A stretch of 58,989 nt of DNA from Chloroflexota bacterium (GCA_048621695.1 JBMCVZ010000001.1:1-58989), one strand, 5' to 3'; positions 1 to 9,628 are shown, numbered from the stretch's first letter. A program made the numbers and translations. Notes: a model not told the origin generated them from the letters alone.

Positions 1-313
1 AGGAGTAATATGGGTCGTTTGGCTCCCATAAGGCATAAGCATAGTAGTTTGGTTCGGCATAAGCTACGTCCGGTCTTTTCAGGTATTCTGTAACCTTTTC
101 CTGAACCTGCCCCTGGGGAATTTTAATTATCCTGAAAGGCTCTGCGTCTCCTTTGAATCCAACGATAATCTCATCCGGGGCATATTTTGTTTTGATTATA
201 TGAGGTTGGTGAAACTCCTTAATCTCCCCCTCGTCGGCGCTGGCTGGAATAACCCCGAATGTAAATAAAAGCGCCACGATTCCCACTATGGAAATAAGTT
301 TTTTCATTTTCAT
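1..313 (-). CDS. Subtilisin-like (S8) serine peptidase, N-terminal part only (runs off the window edge)
   Basis: It is absent from the ORF track because no stop lies in the window. The reverse complement of 313..1 reads MKMKKLISIVGIVALLFTFGVIPASADEGEIKEF...RPDVAYAEPNYYAYALWEPNDPYY. That gives a signal peptide, a propeptide-like stretch and the AEPN...PNDPYY junction typical of S8 peptidases. An AAGGAGAGG Shine-Dalgarno lies on the minus strand at 317-325. Confidence 0.55.
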   Translation of the reverse strand, partial: MKMKKLISIVGIVALLFTFGVIPASADEGEIKEFHQPHIIKTKYAPDEIIVGFKGDAEPFRIIKIPQGQVQEKVTEYLKRPDVAYAEPNYYAYALWEPNDPYYS

Positions 314-436
314 TGTCCTCTCCTTTTTCGTAGCTAATCTCCAGTACTAGCTCTTTTAAACGAGCTTTCGTCATCCTTAAGCTAACAATAGTAATGCTAC
401 TCTTCACATGGGGCGATGTCAAGAACCATTGGTGAT

Positions 437-1576
437 TTACACGGACTGCCAGCTCAGGAATGGATAGGTTTCCTGGGCAACTATGTTCCAGGTGTAGGCA
501 GGGTCAGCTGCACCTGGAGTGACGGCAGTTACATCCCATCCTGCCCCTGAGAAGGTGGTGATATCCCGCATTTCTGCCGTAGTCTTGCTCATTCCTCCGT
601 CGCTCTCTTCCATCCCGGAAGTTGCTATGTCCCAGAAGGAATTGCTGACAGTGCCATCGCGATTAGTTCCTACGAGACCGCCAACCCATATGCTGCCAGT
701 TACGCTGCCGATGGAATAAGAGTTACTTATGTTGCCCTGACTATATCCCACCAGACCACCGACATGCCACTCCCCAGTTACGCTGCCGGTAGCATAGGAG
801 TTGTGCACAATGCCCTGATTATCTCCCACCAGACCGCCGACATAGTCATCGCCAGTTGCGCTGCTTATGGAGTAGCAGCTGCTAACGGTGCCTCCCAAAT
901 TACCTCCCATTAGACCGCCGACAGCCCACTCGCCAGTGACACTGCCGTCGGAATAGGAGCTACTCACAGTGCCCTGAGAATCGCTAGCTCCTACCAGGCC
1001 GCCAACATCCCAGCGGCCGATCACCGTGACGGTGGAATAAGAATAACTGACATCACCGGCATTACCTCCCACCAGACCACCAACATAGTCGTCGCCACTC
1101 ACATTGCCGTCGGAATAGGAGTTGGTGACATAGCCCCAATTACCTCCCACCAGACCGCCAACAGCCCACTCGCCAGTCACCATGGCATTAACCACCCCGA
1201 TATTCTGGACGACGCCTTCTTCATCAACAGCACCGAAAAGACCCACCATGCTTTCGTCAGGGCGATTGATAAACACATCCCTTATCTCATAACCCCGGCC
1301 ATCGAAACTTCCGGTAAATCGATAGTCAGAAGTCCCGATTGGTTGCCAGCCCTTTCCCTGATTGGCTGCGTGACCGGCCAGTTCCGTATAACCGGCGCTG
1401 GTGGAATTGAGGTCGTTCATCAGAACATAATGGCCGTCCAAATTATATCTGATAGCGTGTAAATCATGCCAATTCCGTATTTCCGGGTAATCAGTGCCAG
1501 GACCGAGACCGGGATCGCATCCGACCATCCCTGCAATGAGAGCTATTCCGACCAAAAAGACGCTAAGCCTTGTCAT
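437..1576 (-). CDS. Secreted/lipoprotein GLUG-motif repeat protein
   Basis: The N-terminus MTRLSVFLVGIALIAGMVGC looks like a lipoprotein signal. The body has more than 10 reiterations of the pattern VGGLVG-x-N-x-G-x-V-x-(N/S)SY(S/A)-x-G-x-V-x-G, which is the GLUG motif pattern. Confidence 0.7.
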   Translation of the reverse strand: MTRLSVFLVGIALIAGMVGCDPGLGPGTDYPEIRNWHDLHAIRYNLDGHYVLMNDLNSTSAGYTELAGHAANQGKGWQPIGTSDYRFTGSFDGRGYEIRDVFINRPDESMVGLFGAVDEEGVVQNIGVVNAMVTGEWAVGGLVGGNWGYVTNSYSDGNVSGDDYVGGLVGGNAGDVSYSYSTVTVIGRWDVGGLVGASDSQGTVSSSYSDGSVTGEWAVGGLMGGNLGGTVSSCYSISSATGDDYVGGLVGDNQGIVHNSYATGSVTGEWHVGGLVGYSQGNISNSYSIGSVTGSIWVGGLVGTNRDGTVSNSFWDIATSGMEESDGGMSKTTAEMRDITTFSGAGWDVTAVTPGAADPAYTWNIVAQETYPFLSWQSV

Positions 1577-1824
1577 ATATATAAGACCCCAGTCCTCTCA
1601 AAATTATTAGGTTACCATGTATTGTATATCATACCCCACCCCCGCAAAGTCAACAGCCTTAAAGCCTTTGAAAATCTTACCCTGTGCCAATTTTTCCTGT
1701 CATCCGCAGGACCTTGAAGCTCTGTGTTAATCACATACCTCTTGATGAAGTTGCGAGGCTGACTCAAGTCAGCCTCGCATTAGAAAGGAGGAGGTGGAGT
1801 TGCAAGCACATGTATGCTGGGGTC

Positions 1825-2487
1825 TTAGGGCCCCGGCACGCCCTCGGGCAGGCCGGCCTCGTTGTCCTCACCGTTACCCGGTGGCACGCCATCGGGAGGA
1901 CCAGGTACGGAAGGTGTTGGTATTCCACCCAGTATATCTTCCAAGTGCTGCCGTACTTCATCTGCCATGCTGGGTATTTCAGAAGGGTCGACACCCATTT
2001 CCACTAGGGCGGTGACCGCCGCTCCGTGACCTGCTGCCGAAGCATTGATCGCTGCGGCTATGGCTGGCTGGGCTTGTTCTGGCACTTGCTCCCAGACATT
2101 CGCCAGCACTTCCAGGTGTATGGCAGTGGCTGCCGCTACAAGCTCTGCAGTGGTCTGGTTGTCTGTGCCAATCTGCTCCGCAATTTCGGCAATGATAGCG
2201 CCGTACTTGTCCGCGGTTGTGTTTAAGGCCTCTGTAGGTCCTTCTGCGGTCAGAACTTCCATCTCCCATATTCGCCTATCAGCGAAGTCCAGCTCTCGCC
2301 CTACCTTGGCAGCATCGTCTGCCGGCAAATTAAGTATCAGTCCCTCAATAGTCAGTTTTACCGGGTAAAGGGCATCACCAGGCAAACTATCCTGCGAAGC
2401 GTAAGCGGTACCCCCGGCGACAAGGGAAAGAGTCACCAAGATTGCGACAACGATACCCACCTTTTTCATCTTAAATCCTTTCTTCAT
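1825..2487 (-). CDS. Membrane-anchored DUF5667-like protein, paralog of the extracytoplasmic part of the adjacent anti-sigma factor
   Basis: It has an N-terminal TM/signal segment. ASQDSLPGDALYPVKLTIEGL...DFADRRIWEMEVL aligns with ASQGSLPGDTLYPVKAATEQL...GFANRRIVEIEAL of the 2845..4017 product. The C-terminal tail is Pro/Gly-rich. Confidence 0.55.
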   Translation of the reverse strand: MKKGFKMKKVGIVVAILVTLSLVAGGTAYASQDSLPGDALYPVKLTIEGLILNLPADDAAKVGRELDFADRRIWEMEVLTAEGPTEALNTTADKYGAIIAEIAEQIGTDNQTTAELVAAATAIHLEVLANVWEQVPEQAQPAIAAAINASAAGHGAAVTALVEMGVDPSEIPSMADEVRQHLEDILGGIPTPSVPGPPDGVPPGNGEDNEAGLPEGVPGP

Positions 2488-2801
2488 TTTAAACCTCCTT
2501 CGTACATTATTGGATTCATTTAGTTTTTATAACAAAACCATAATATTTACCATAGCAAACCTCCTCGCACGATTCGTTTGTTCTAACGAAACTGGAGCCA
2601 TTTTGTTACAAGCATAGCCTCATCTGACGCTGGGTCTTGGCAACGGGTCCGAACACCGGTCGTTTCGTCAGGGCACATCCACGCACCCGCCATATTCCAT
2701 AGTTCCAATTTGGCTGCCAGCTCCTCCCCCGAGGAGGACAACCTACCGTTCTGGAACCCATCCTCTGTATCACCTCGCAGCAGAGCGCTTTCAACCACGC
2801 C

Positions 2802-2835
2802 GGTGATGTGCCGCGCCACGCCGCGGCACATCACC
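2802..2835. repeat. Perfect 14-bp-stem inverted repeat (hairpin), 10 nt downstream of the anti-sigma gene stop
   Basis: The sequence is GGTGATGTGCCGCG-ccacgc-CGCGGCACATCACC. No U-tract follows on the minus strand, so it may be a stabiliser or terminator-like hairpin rather than a canonical intrinsic terminator. Confidence 0.4.
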
Positions 2836-2844
2836 TTCCTGCCT

Positions 2845-4017
2845 CTAGGGCCCAGGTGTCTCCGGTAATCCTGGTAGTTCCGGTAGTTCAGGAACCTCGA
2901 TACCCATGTCTTCCAATATCTCGACCGCCTCGTCATACCCCCTTATCGATACGTCCATCGCCCCTTCTATGGCTAGTTTGGCTTCGTCCGGCACCATGTC
3001 CCAGACGTCCGACAGTATGTCCAAGTGTATGAGTGTCGCCGCAGCTACACGCTCTGCCACCTCGGCTACGTCTTTGTCTAATTCCCGCGCAATTCCGGAA
3101 ATCTCTTCACCCGACTCTGCCATCGCCACGAACTGCTGCACGGCATTCTCCGCCTCTTCAATATCGCCCTCTTCGGCCATTGTCCGGGCCCTGTTCAACC
3201 TTTCTTCCCTGGCTTCCAAATTAATCTTTATAGCCGTCGCCGGCTCTTCCCAGGCCAGGGTCAATAGCGCACTCTCCTGTCCCATCAAGGACACCTCTCC
3301 TGCCCGCGTTATGGCCGCCTTTGCCTCCTCAGGTACTACGTCGCTCACCGCATCCAGCGCCGCAAGGTGCTTCGCTGTCGCCTCAGCCACCAACTCCGAT
3401 ACCTCCGCCGTGGACAGCCCTTTGCCTCTTGCTTCCTCTATGCTGTCCAGTGTCACACCCAAAGCATGGTCATATTTGTCCACAGCCAGATCCAGTTGCA
3501 CCGAACGCCCTGCTTCAACCAGGGCTTCAATCTCTACTATTCGCCTGTTGGCGAACCCCAGGCCCCGTTCCGCCCGGCCAACGTCGTCGCCCGGCAACCT
3601 CATTAGCAGTTGCTCGGTAGCGGCCTTCACCGGGTAAAGAGTGTCACCGGGCAGACTGCCCTGTGAAGCGTAGATCGTACCCCCGGCCAGGGCTAACAGG
3701 GCCAGTGCGATTGCGACAATCATACGCGCCATACTGAACCTACTTCTCTGCGGTATCTGATTGTTATAGCGAAACGATGGCCATCTTGTTACAGCCTGCC
3801 TCTCATGAATCTGCTCCATAAGCTGGTGCCGAGACCTTACCTTAAAGCCGGGAGAGGGATTGACATCTGGTGGTTCTTGAATTGCAAGAGCAATCCTCAG
3901 TAGCGGTTCCAATTGCTCACGCGCAGCTGGGTACCTCTCCAGACAGTCCTCGATGCTGGACCTGCCCGTCTTGATATCCTCGACACACTGTACAAGTATG
4001 TCTTCAAATTTTTTCAA
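2845..4017 (-). CDS. Anti-sigma factor (cytoplasmic N-domain, one TM, DUF5667-like helical ectodomain)
   Basis: It overlaps the upstream ECF sigma gene by 4 nt (ATGA). The N-terminus ILVQCVEDIKTGRSSIEDCLERYPAAREQLEPLL is typical of sigma-binding domains of this family. A TM segment (MARMIVAIALALLALAGG) is followed by the SLPGDxLYPVK motif. Confidence 0.6.
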   Translation of the reverse strand: MKKFEDILVQCVEDIKTGRSSIEDCLERYPAAREQLEPLLRIALAIQEPPDVNPSPGFKVRSRHQLMEQIHERQAVTRWPSFRYNNQIPQRSRFSMARMIVAIALALLALAGGTIYASQGSLPGDTLYPVKAATEQLLMRLPGDDVGRAERGLGFANRRIVEIEALVEAGRSVQLDLAVDKYDHALGVTLDSIEEARGKGLSTAEVSELVAEATAKHLAALDAVSDVVPEEAKAAITRAGEVSLMGQESALLTLAWEEPATAIKINLEAREERLNRARTMAEEGDIEEAENAVQQFVAMAESGEEISGIARELDKDVAEVAERVAAATLIHLDILSDVWDMVPDEAKLAIEGAMDVSIRGYDEAVEILEDMGIEVPELPELPGLPETPGP

Positions 4018-4586
4018 ATCTGTTGCACCTCCTTTTCCACGATTTTTCGGAGTTTGACCAGTGCCCGGTGCAAAATGACCCTGATATTCCCCTCTTTTTT
4101 GTTCAACAGAGAGGCAATTTCAGCGAACTCAAAACCCTCGATAAAACGCAGAATGACCACCTGTTGCTCGTCGCCCCGTAGCTGAAGAATTGCCCTCCGC
4201 AAACGCTGCTGCTCGAAACTGGCTTCAGCTGCATGCTCCGGGTTAGATGCTGGATCGCTAGCCAGAACTTCAACTTCGAGGTATGTCTTGTCTTTCTTGG
4301 TCCGGTAAAAATCTACCACCAGGTTGTGGCTGATGGTCATCAGCCAGGCAACGAATGGAGTTGCCTTTCTTTTGTACCTGTCAATTGCCTGCCATGCCTT
4401 AAAGAATACCTGCTGGGTCAGGTCTTCAGCGTCCTGTTCATTGCCTACCCGGTAATAAATGTGTCTATATACCCTATCGACATGCATGTCATACAGCCTC
4501 CCGAAAGCCTCAGCATCATGACCAATAGCTCTCTGGACCAATACGCCTTCATTTGATGTTGGTTCTTCAGAATAGTTCTGATTCAC
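4014..4586 (-). CDS. ECF (sigma-70 family group 4) RNA polymerase sigma factor
   Basis: Region 2 reads FGRLYDMHVDRVYRHIYYRVGNEQDAEDLTQQVFFKAW. Region 4 is an HTH (FEFAEIASLLNKKEGNIRVILHRALVKLR). The size is 190 aa. Confidence 0.85.
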   Translation of the reverse strand: MNQNYSEEPTSNEGVLVQRAIGHDAEAFGRLYDMHVDRVYRHIYYRVGNEQDAEDLTQQVFFKAWQAIDRYKRKATPFVAWLMTISHNLVVDFYRTKKDKTYLEVEVLASDPASNPEHAAEASFEQQRLRRAILQLRGDEQQVVILRFIEGFEFAEIASLLNKKEGNIRVILHRALVKLRKIVEKEVQQI

Positions 4587-4783
4587 CCCTTCGCCTCTTT
4601 CAACGAATAATCGGCTGAAATGTTACAGAAAGCCTGTTATTCAAGGGTTATTTGTCAGGAGCCTGTAGTAACTATGCCATGCCAGAGAGAGCACAATCAA
4701 GTTTGGAATTGCCACATATCCACTATAGACGATTGTTCAGTCGGGACTACTTATGAAGGCTCGGTAAACCACGGCTGACAACA

Positions 4784-5398
4784 TCATTTTACTTTCTTCT
4801 GTTGCCTGTCGTATATCATATCCTTGATTATGCCTTTGGACAGGATCTGTTTAATATCAGACAGATTACGAACCAGCATGAAAAGGTCGATAACCAGTAC
4901 ATAACGTACCAGCGGTAACGAGCCTTCAAACAACCAGGCAAACAGAGGCAACAGGCCAAATCCGATGAATAGAGCTGACATGAATTTACGGGTAGTAAAG
5001 AACGGAATGGCTATTATTGCCAGCGTAACAAGTATTGCCTCGGGGGCCAGCACGAAAAAAATACCCATAATGGTGGCTGAACCCCTGCCACCCTTGAAAC
5101 CTGCGAATACAGGAAAATTATGTCCTACCAGAGCGGCAAAACCAGTCCCTAAGGCCCAGAACTCCGAAAGGTTCAGAGCCTGGGCAATGAGTATAGCCCC
5201 CGCCCCCTTTGCGACATCAATGATAGCGACAAAAATACCTTCATGAGTACCAATTTGGCGCATGACATTAGCGGCGCCCATGTTGCCTGAACCGATGTTC
5301 CGAATATCTATGCCTTTCCTCGTCCGGGATACGATATAGGCTGTAGGAATAGAGCCTAAAAGATATCCGATGATTATGCTTGGAATACCTGGCAGCAT
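4784..5398 (-). CDS. plsY: Glycerol-3-phosphate acyltransferase PlsY
   Basis: The GSGNMGAANVMR and GHNFPVFAGFKGGRG motifs are present. The protein is polytopic and about 200 aa. Confidence 0.9.
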   Translation of the reverse strand: MLPGIPSIIIGYLLGSIPTAYIVSRTRKGIDIRNIGSGNMGAANVMRQIGTHEGIFVAIIDVAKGAGAILIAQALNLSEFWALGTGFAALVGHNFPVFAGFKGGRGSATIMGIFFVLAPEAILVTLAIIAIPFFTTRKFMSALFIGFGLLPLFAWLFEGSLPLVRYVLVIDLFMLVRNLSDIKQILSKGIIKDMIYDRQQKKVK

Positions 5399-5410
5399 GT
5401 CCTCACCCAG

Positions 5411-6286
5411 CTAAGTGGCGGATTGTCTGTCTCCAAACACACTAACAACGATGAGTCCAGGCCCTGTGTGTGTGCCGATAACAGGACTTGTACGCGAGAG
5501 GTAAATAGGAACTTGAGGATACTTCGCTTGAAGCCTCTGTATCAACCTGTTGGCCTCATCTAAGTCCGTGGCATACTCGACAGCTAACCCTTGGACGTTG
5601 CCGAAGCTTGTGACAAGGTTGTACAGGTGGTCTATCGCTTTAGCTCGGGAACGCTCTCGACCTAAAGGATACACCTCACCATCCTTCAGGCCGATGATTG
5701 GGTTTACCTTGAGTAATGAACCGAGAAAGGCTTGCGCTTTACCGATGCGTCCACCGCGTTCCAGATATTCAAGTGTATCGAAGGCAGCATACATATCTAC
5801 CCGGTGAATGGCTTGACGGGTCACATCCAGCACTTCATCAAGGCTAGCCCCACTTAGGGCTGATTTGGCGGCGGCAATTGCTATGAAACCCTGTGCCATA
5901 ACCGCCCATTGCGAGTCCAGGACCTCCACACGACATGGCTTCTTTGTTGACTCTGTGGCTTGCAACGCCGCCTGATAGGTAGCACTGAGCTTGGAACTCA
6001 AAGTGATAACCAGGATCTCCTTTGTTTTTTCGGCAAGTTTATTATATGCATCGGCAAAAGCTGCTGGTGGCGGCACAGATGTCGCAGGCAAAGCCTTGCT
6101 AGTCCTTAGTTTTTCGTAGAACTGGTCAGGACTCAGGTCGAGACCATCGCGATAGGCGTCGGTGCCAAAGCGGACAACAAGCGGAACCACTGTAATACCG
6201 AACTCCTCAGCCACCTGAGGGGGGAGGTCAGCAACACTATCAGTCACAATGGCTACATTAGGCACAGTAACTATCCTTTCCTCCAC
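5411..6286 (-). CDS. DegV family fatty-acid-binding protein
   Basis: It shows the VAIVTDSVADLP start, 291 aa length and overall DegV pattern. It sits 12 nt upstream of plsY, a lipid-metabolism pairing. Confidence 0.85.
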   Translation of the reverse strand: MEERIVTVPNVAIVTDSVADLPPQVAEEFGITVVPLVVRFGTDAYRDGLDLSPDQFYEKLRTSKALPATSVPPPAAFADAYNKLAEKTKEILVITLSSKLSATYQAALQATESTKKPCRVEVLDSQWAVMAQGFIAIAAAKSALSGASLDEVLDVTRQAIHRVDMYAAFDTLEYLERGGRIGKAQAFLGSLLKVNPIIGLKDGEVYPLGRERSRAKAIDHLYNLVTSFGNVQGLAVEYATDLDEANRLIQRLQAKYPQVPIYLSRTSPVIGTHTGPGLIVVSVFGDRQSAT

Positions 6287-6444
6287 GAGATGCGCCCGAC
6301 AATATCATTTTGCGGCCCCATGGGATTGAAATAGTCCGGCTCATCTGTAGATGCGGTACGGGTTGCTCGTAAACCACGGGAGGAAATAACACCACATCGT
6401 GGTGCGCTGCCAGGTTCAGAGGAGTCATTGGTCCAGCTATGATA

Positions 6445-6675
6445 TTATCTCCAGTCAGTTAGTTCGGCCTTTACCAGCATACTTCCCAGCGCAACTAACC
6501 AAAGTGATGAGGTGATTGCCAAGCCTAAAATCCACCAGCTCAATGTATTCTGCTGCTGGATATCGCCCATAATCATCATGGATAATAAATAAAGAAAGCC
6601 AATCCCAGCCGCTACTAACATAGAATGTGACACTACGCGCCATCCCTTTCGTGTTAGAAGCTTATTTAATATCAT
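6445..6675 (-). CDS. Small two-TM membrane protein, hypothetical
   Basis: There are two hydrophobic helices, and AAGGAGAG sits 4-5 nt upstream of the ATG. I recognise no family. Confidence 0.4.
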   Translation of the reverse strand: MILNKLLTRKGWRVVSHSMLVAAGIGFLYLLSMMIMGDIQQQNTLSWWILGLAITSSLWLVALGSMLVKAELTDWR

Positions 6676-6916
6676 CGCTCTCTCCTTCGCCTTCTATTGG
6701 TATTATACCCCACAGAGAATATCCTGAGAAGTAGGGAGAAACTTAGCTGGCATTAAAAGGTTGGTAAGTGCGGTCAAGCCTATCTTTCTCAACACTACAT
6801 TCTGCTGTCATTACTAGGACTGGGATTGCTGCATTCGCTCGCAAGGACGAAATCGACTTTATCGGCTCATAATAAGCCCCGCTTCCCAAATGGCTGTCGA
6901 TTGAGGTTTGGTTTTC

Positions 6917-7495
6917 TTACGATTTTAGGCGGTTAAGGTGACCTTGTAAAACTGAGCGGTAGCTTTGGTAAGTCCGGGAATCGAAGAGAACAAACACGAC
7001 ATCTTTGAGAGATGTCGCTTGCTTCTTAAGAAACGAAACGACGGTGCTTACCGCTATTTTTGCCGCTTCATCCACGGGATAGCCATAGGCGCCGGTGCTT
7101 ATGGAAGGGAAGGAGATGCTGGTCAACTTATTCTCGGTAGCCAATTTCAGGCACTCGGAATAAGCGCTCTCCAAAATCTCAGCTTCATTTCTGCCGCCAC
7201 CGTGCCAGACGGGACCAACGGTATGTATCACATAGCGGGCCTTGAGATTCCCTCCTGTGGTAATTACAGCTTTGCCTGTGGGCAATCTTCCTTGCTGGGC
7301 AACGATTTTCTTGCATTCCTCTAGTATTGCTGGCCCTCCAGCCCGGTGTATTGCCCCATCCACCCCTCCGCCACCCATTAAGCTGGAGTTGGCAGCATTA
7401 ACGATGGCATCGCTAGCTTGCTTGGTGATATCTCCCTGGATGACAGAAACCTTTGTTTTATTGACCGTCAATTCCATGGAACGGCGCACCTCCAT
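6917..7495 (-). CDS. Macro-domain protein (O-acetyl-ADP-ribose deacetylase / ADP-ribose binding, YmdB-like)
   Basis: The motifs are VIQGDITKQASDAIVNAANSSLMGGGGVDGAIHRAGGP and ISFPSISTGAYGYP. An alternative start at 7477 (MELTV) has a GGAGG upstream. Confidence 0.85.
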   Translation of the reverse strand: MEVRRSMELTVNKTKVSVIQGDITKQASDAIVNAANSSLMGGGGVDGAIHRAGGPAILEECKKIVAQQGRLPTGKAVITTGGNLKARYVIHTVGPVWHGGGRNEAEILESAYSECLKLATENKLTSISFPSISTGAYGYPVDEAAKIAVSTVVSFLKKQATSLKDVVFVLFDSRTYQSYRSVLQGHLNRLKS

Positions 7496-7678
7496 TTCTT
7501 ATCGAGGCTGTTAATTTTGATTCCCCGTAATTTGCGGGCATAGTGGTTTTCATCAGCACAAGCTTTTGAAGCCATGCAGGGCGGCATTTTTCATGCCGCC
7601 TCTTTCTGGCGCGGAATAAATTCCCGCCATACAAGGTTATACAAACACTCCTTGCTCTGTCGCCTAGAATGCACACGT

Positions 7679-7996
7679 TTAGTCGTGCCGATGAACCACG
7701 CCCACTATCTTCTCCACAGGAAGCACGAAAGCTACCCCGGTTCCCGGCTTGTCCAGTTCGCCGGCGTTGACGATTGCTTCAAGGATAGCATCTTTCTTGT
7801 CTGCATAGGTTATCGACAACACAATCTCCCTCTCTGGTTCGATGATGATTCCCAGAAATTTCTGTCTCTCGTGGACCCCCACTCCGCGACCCAGTATGAC
7901 GGTACCCCCTTCTGCCCCGGCCTGGCAGGAGGCCTCAAGGACTCTGTCGCCCCAGCCATTTCTGACAATGCTTACAATGAGAGCTATTTCCGCCAT
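7679..7996 (-). CDS. PII-like (GlnB superfamily) small regulatory protein, non-canonical
   Basis: It is 105 aa with a beta-alpha-beta pattern (IVSIVRNGWGDRVLEASCQAGAEGGTVILGRG...GVAFVLPVEKIVG). It begins 2 nt after the stop of the upstream DUF1538 gene. Confidence 0.65.
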   Translation of the reverse strand: MAEIALIVSIVRNGWGDRVLEASCQAGAEGGTVILGRGVGVHERQKFLGIIIEPEREIVLSITYADKKDAILEAIVNAGELDKPGTGVAFVLPVEKIVGVVHRHD

Positions 7997-7998
7997 AT

Positions 7999-8733
7999 TT
8001 ATTCCTCCTTTCTGCGTAGTTTAATGCGAACTATCAGTCCGAGCACCATAATGGTCAAGATAGGCGCCAGGGCTATTAAAGCTATTAGGCCAAAACCATC
8101 TATAATCGGGTCGCGTCCTTCAATTGCAGAGGCAATGCCGACAGCTATCGCCATAAGGAAGGTTACCGCCATCGGGCCGGTAGCTACACCACCGGCATCA
8201 AAGGCGATGGCGATGACACTCTTTTCGCTGAACCGGAGCATGCCTATAGCCAGCAGGTAACCGGGTATAATAATCCAGAGCAATGGAATCCCGTACACAA
8301 TTCTTGCCATCCCCAGGGCAACAAACAAGGCGACGCCGGAGGATATCGTATAGAGAACAATATTCTTGCGTATAGAGCCGGCTGAAGCCTCTTCAATCTG
8401 GTCGCCGAGTATGCGTACGGCAGGCTCCCCCCAGGTGGCCAGAAAACCCATCATGAGACCGAACGGTATTAAGGGCCATTGTACCCTGATAGCACCCAGA
8501 ATTTCACCCATGGACTGGCCGGCCGGGAAAAAGCCGATGCTCACACCCTGCAAGAACAGGGACAATCCTACTACGGCCAGTAGAGTTCCTTTAAGGAGAT
8601 TAAATACGTAGCTCCTTGGCAGCTTCAATACCAGAAACTGGAATATAATGAACAAGACCAGCAGCGGCAGCAAAGCCTTTATGACACTCAAAAAGATATG
8701 CCCGATTCCATCCCAGAGCATTAGCTCATTCAA
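7999..8733 (-). CDS. DUF1538 family polytopic membrane protein (copy 2)
   Basis: It has about 6-7 TM segments. It shares FDAGGVATGPMAVTF / FDSGGVTTGPMAVP and GFGLIAL motifs with the upstream paralog. The two genes overlap by 4 nt. Confidence 0.65.
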   Translation of the reverse strand: MNELMLWDGIGHIFLSVIKALLPLLVLFIIFQFLVLKLPRSYVFNLLKGTLLAVVGLSLFLQGVSIGFFPAGQSMGEILGAIRVQWPLIPFGLMMGFLATWGEPAVRILGDQIEEASAGSIRKNIVLYTISSGVALFVALGMARIVYGIPLLWIIIPGYLLAIGMLRFSEKSVIAIAFDAGGVATGPMAVTFLMAIAVGIASAIEGRDPIIDGFGLIALIALAPILTIMVLGLIVRIKLRRKEE

Positions 8734-9425
8734 TGCAGCACCATCCCCAGGACCATGACCCCGATTATAGGCCCGATTGAGGCCAGCCCGATTAAGCCGA
8801 AGCCGTCTGACAGGGCAGACCTTCCCGCCAGCACTGAGCTAAATCCCAGTCCCAGTGCCAGGATTATGGGCACCGCCATTGGCCCGGTGGTGACACCGCC
8901 TGAGTCAAAGGCCACCGGGACAAATTCAGCGGGAGTGAAGAAAGCCAGGATTAAGACGATAATATAGCCGGCTGCCAGCAGATACGCGATAGGAAAATTG
9001 AGTAGAATGCGGAGCATCGCCATGGCAACAAAGAAACCGACACCGATAGCGATGACGCCAATCAGAATATTCTCGGCAATAGCCCCCCGGGAGACCACAT
9101 CCACCTGCCCGGTCAGGACGATGACATCAGGCTCGGCGACTGTCGCGGCAAAGCCGATGAGAAAAGCAATCCCTATTATCAGGAATAGTGACTTCCGCTT
9201 GGGGAGTTCGGCACCGAGAGCTTTGCCCATCGTCAGGATTCCGATTTCAACTCCGACCAGAAAGAGTATCATGCCTGCGATAACCATTAGTGCCCCTATG
9301 ATGAACTGGAGAAAAAGGCGAGAGGGCATTTTAATAATGGCAAACTGGAGAATGACTACTGTCAGAACCAGCGGCAAAATCGCCGTGATAACTTCCAGCA
9401 CCCTGGCTTTAATATGGTTTCGCAT
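8730..9425 (-). CDS. DUF1538 family polytopic membrane protein (copy 1)
   Basis: It is a paralog of 7999..8733 with the same TM layout and the motifs TVAEPDV, FDSGGVTTGPMAVP and DGFGLIGLAS. Confidence 0.65.
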   Translation of the reverse strand: MRNHIKARVLEVITAILPLVLTVVILQFAIIKMPSRLFLQFIIGALMVIAGMILFLVGVEIGILTMGKALGAELPKRKSLFLIIGIAFLIGFAATVAEPDVIVLTGQVDVVSRGAIAENILIGVIAIGVGFFVAMAMLRILLNFPIAYLLAAGYIIVLILAFFTPAEFVPVAFDSGGVTTGPMAVPIILALGLGFSSVLAGRSALSDGFGLIGLASIGPIIGVMVLGMVLH

Positions 9426-9628
9426 AATTAATTATACCAAGGGTGTCAGTAACACCGAAAGAGCAAAGAGAGGTAGGTAAAGTGCCTGGTCAGGGTTGCT
9501 GTCTCGCGCCCCGGGTCTAGAGAAGAGATGTAAGGGAATTCCTAACTCAATAGCTAGAATTTCGTCCACAGCTTTATGATAATCAAGATGAAGGTCAAAT
9601 GTCAGAGCTTAAAAAGAAGGGAAAGTGC

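Noticed and set aside
219-422. A 67-aa ORF on the minus strand upstream of the GLUG protein.
   Set aside because: It overlaps, in a different frame, the better-supported start of the partial S8 peptidase gene (ATG at 313 with an RBS and signal peptide). It has no recognisable features of its own.
2583-2936. A 117-aa ORF on the minus strand between the anti-sigma gene and its ectodomain paralog.
   Set aside because: It overlaps the 3' end of the anti-sigma gene and runs through the 14-bp-stem hairpin. Its Arg/Trp-rich composition is atypical.
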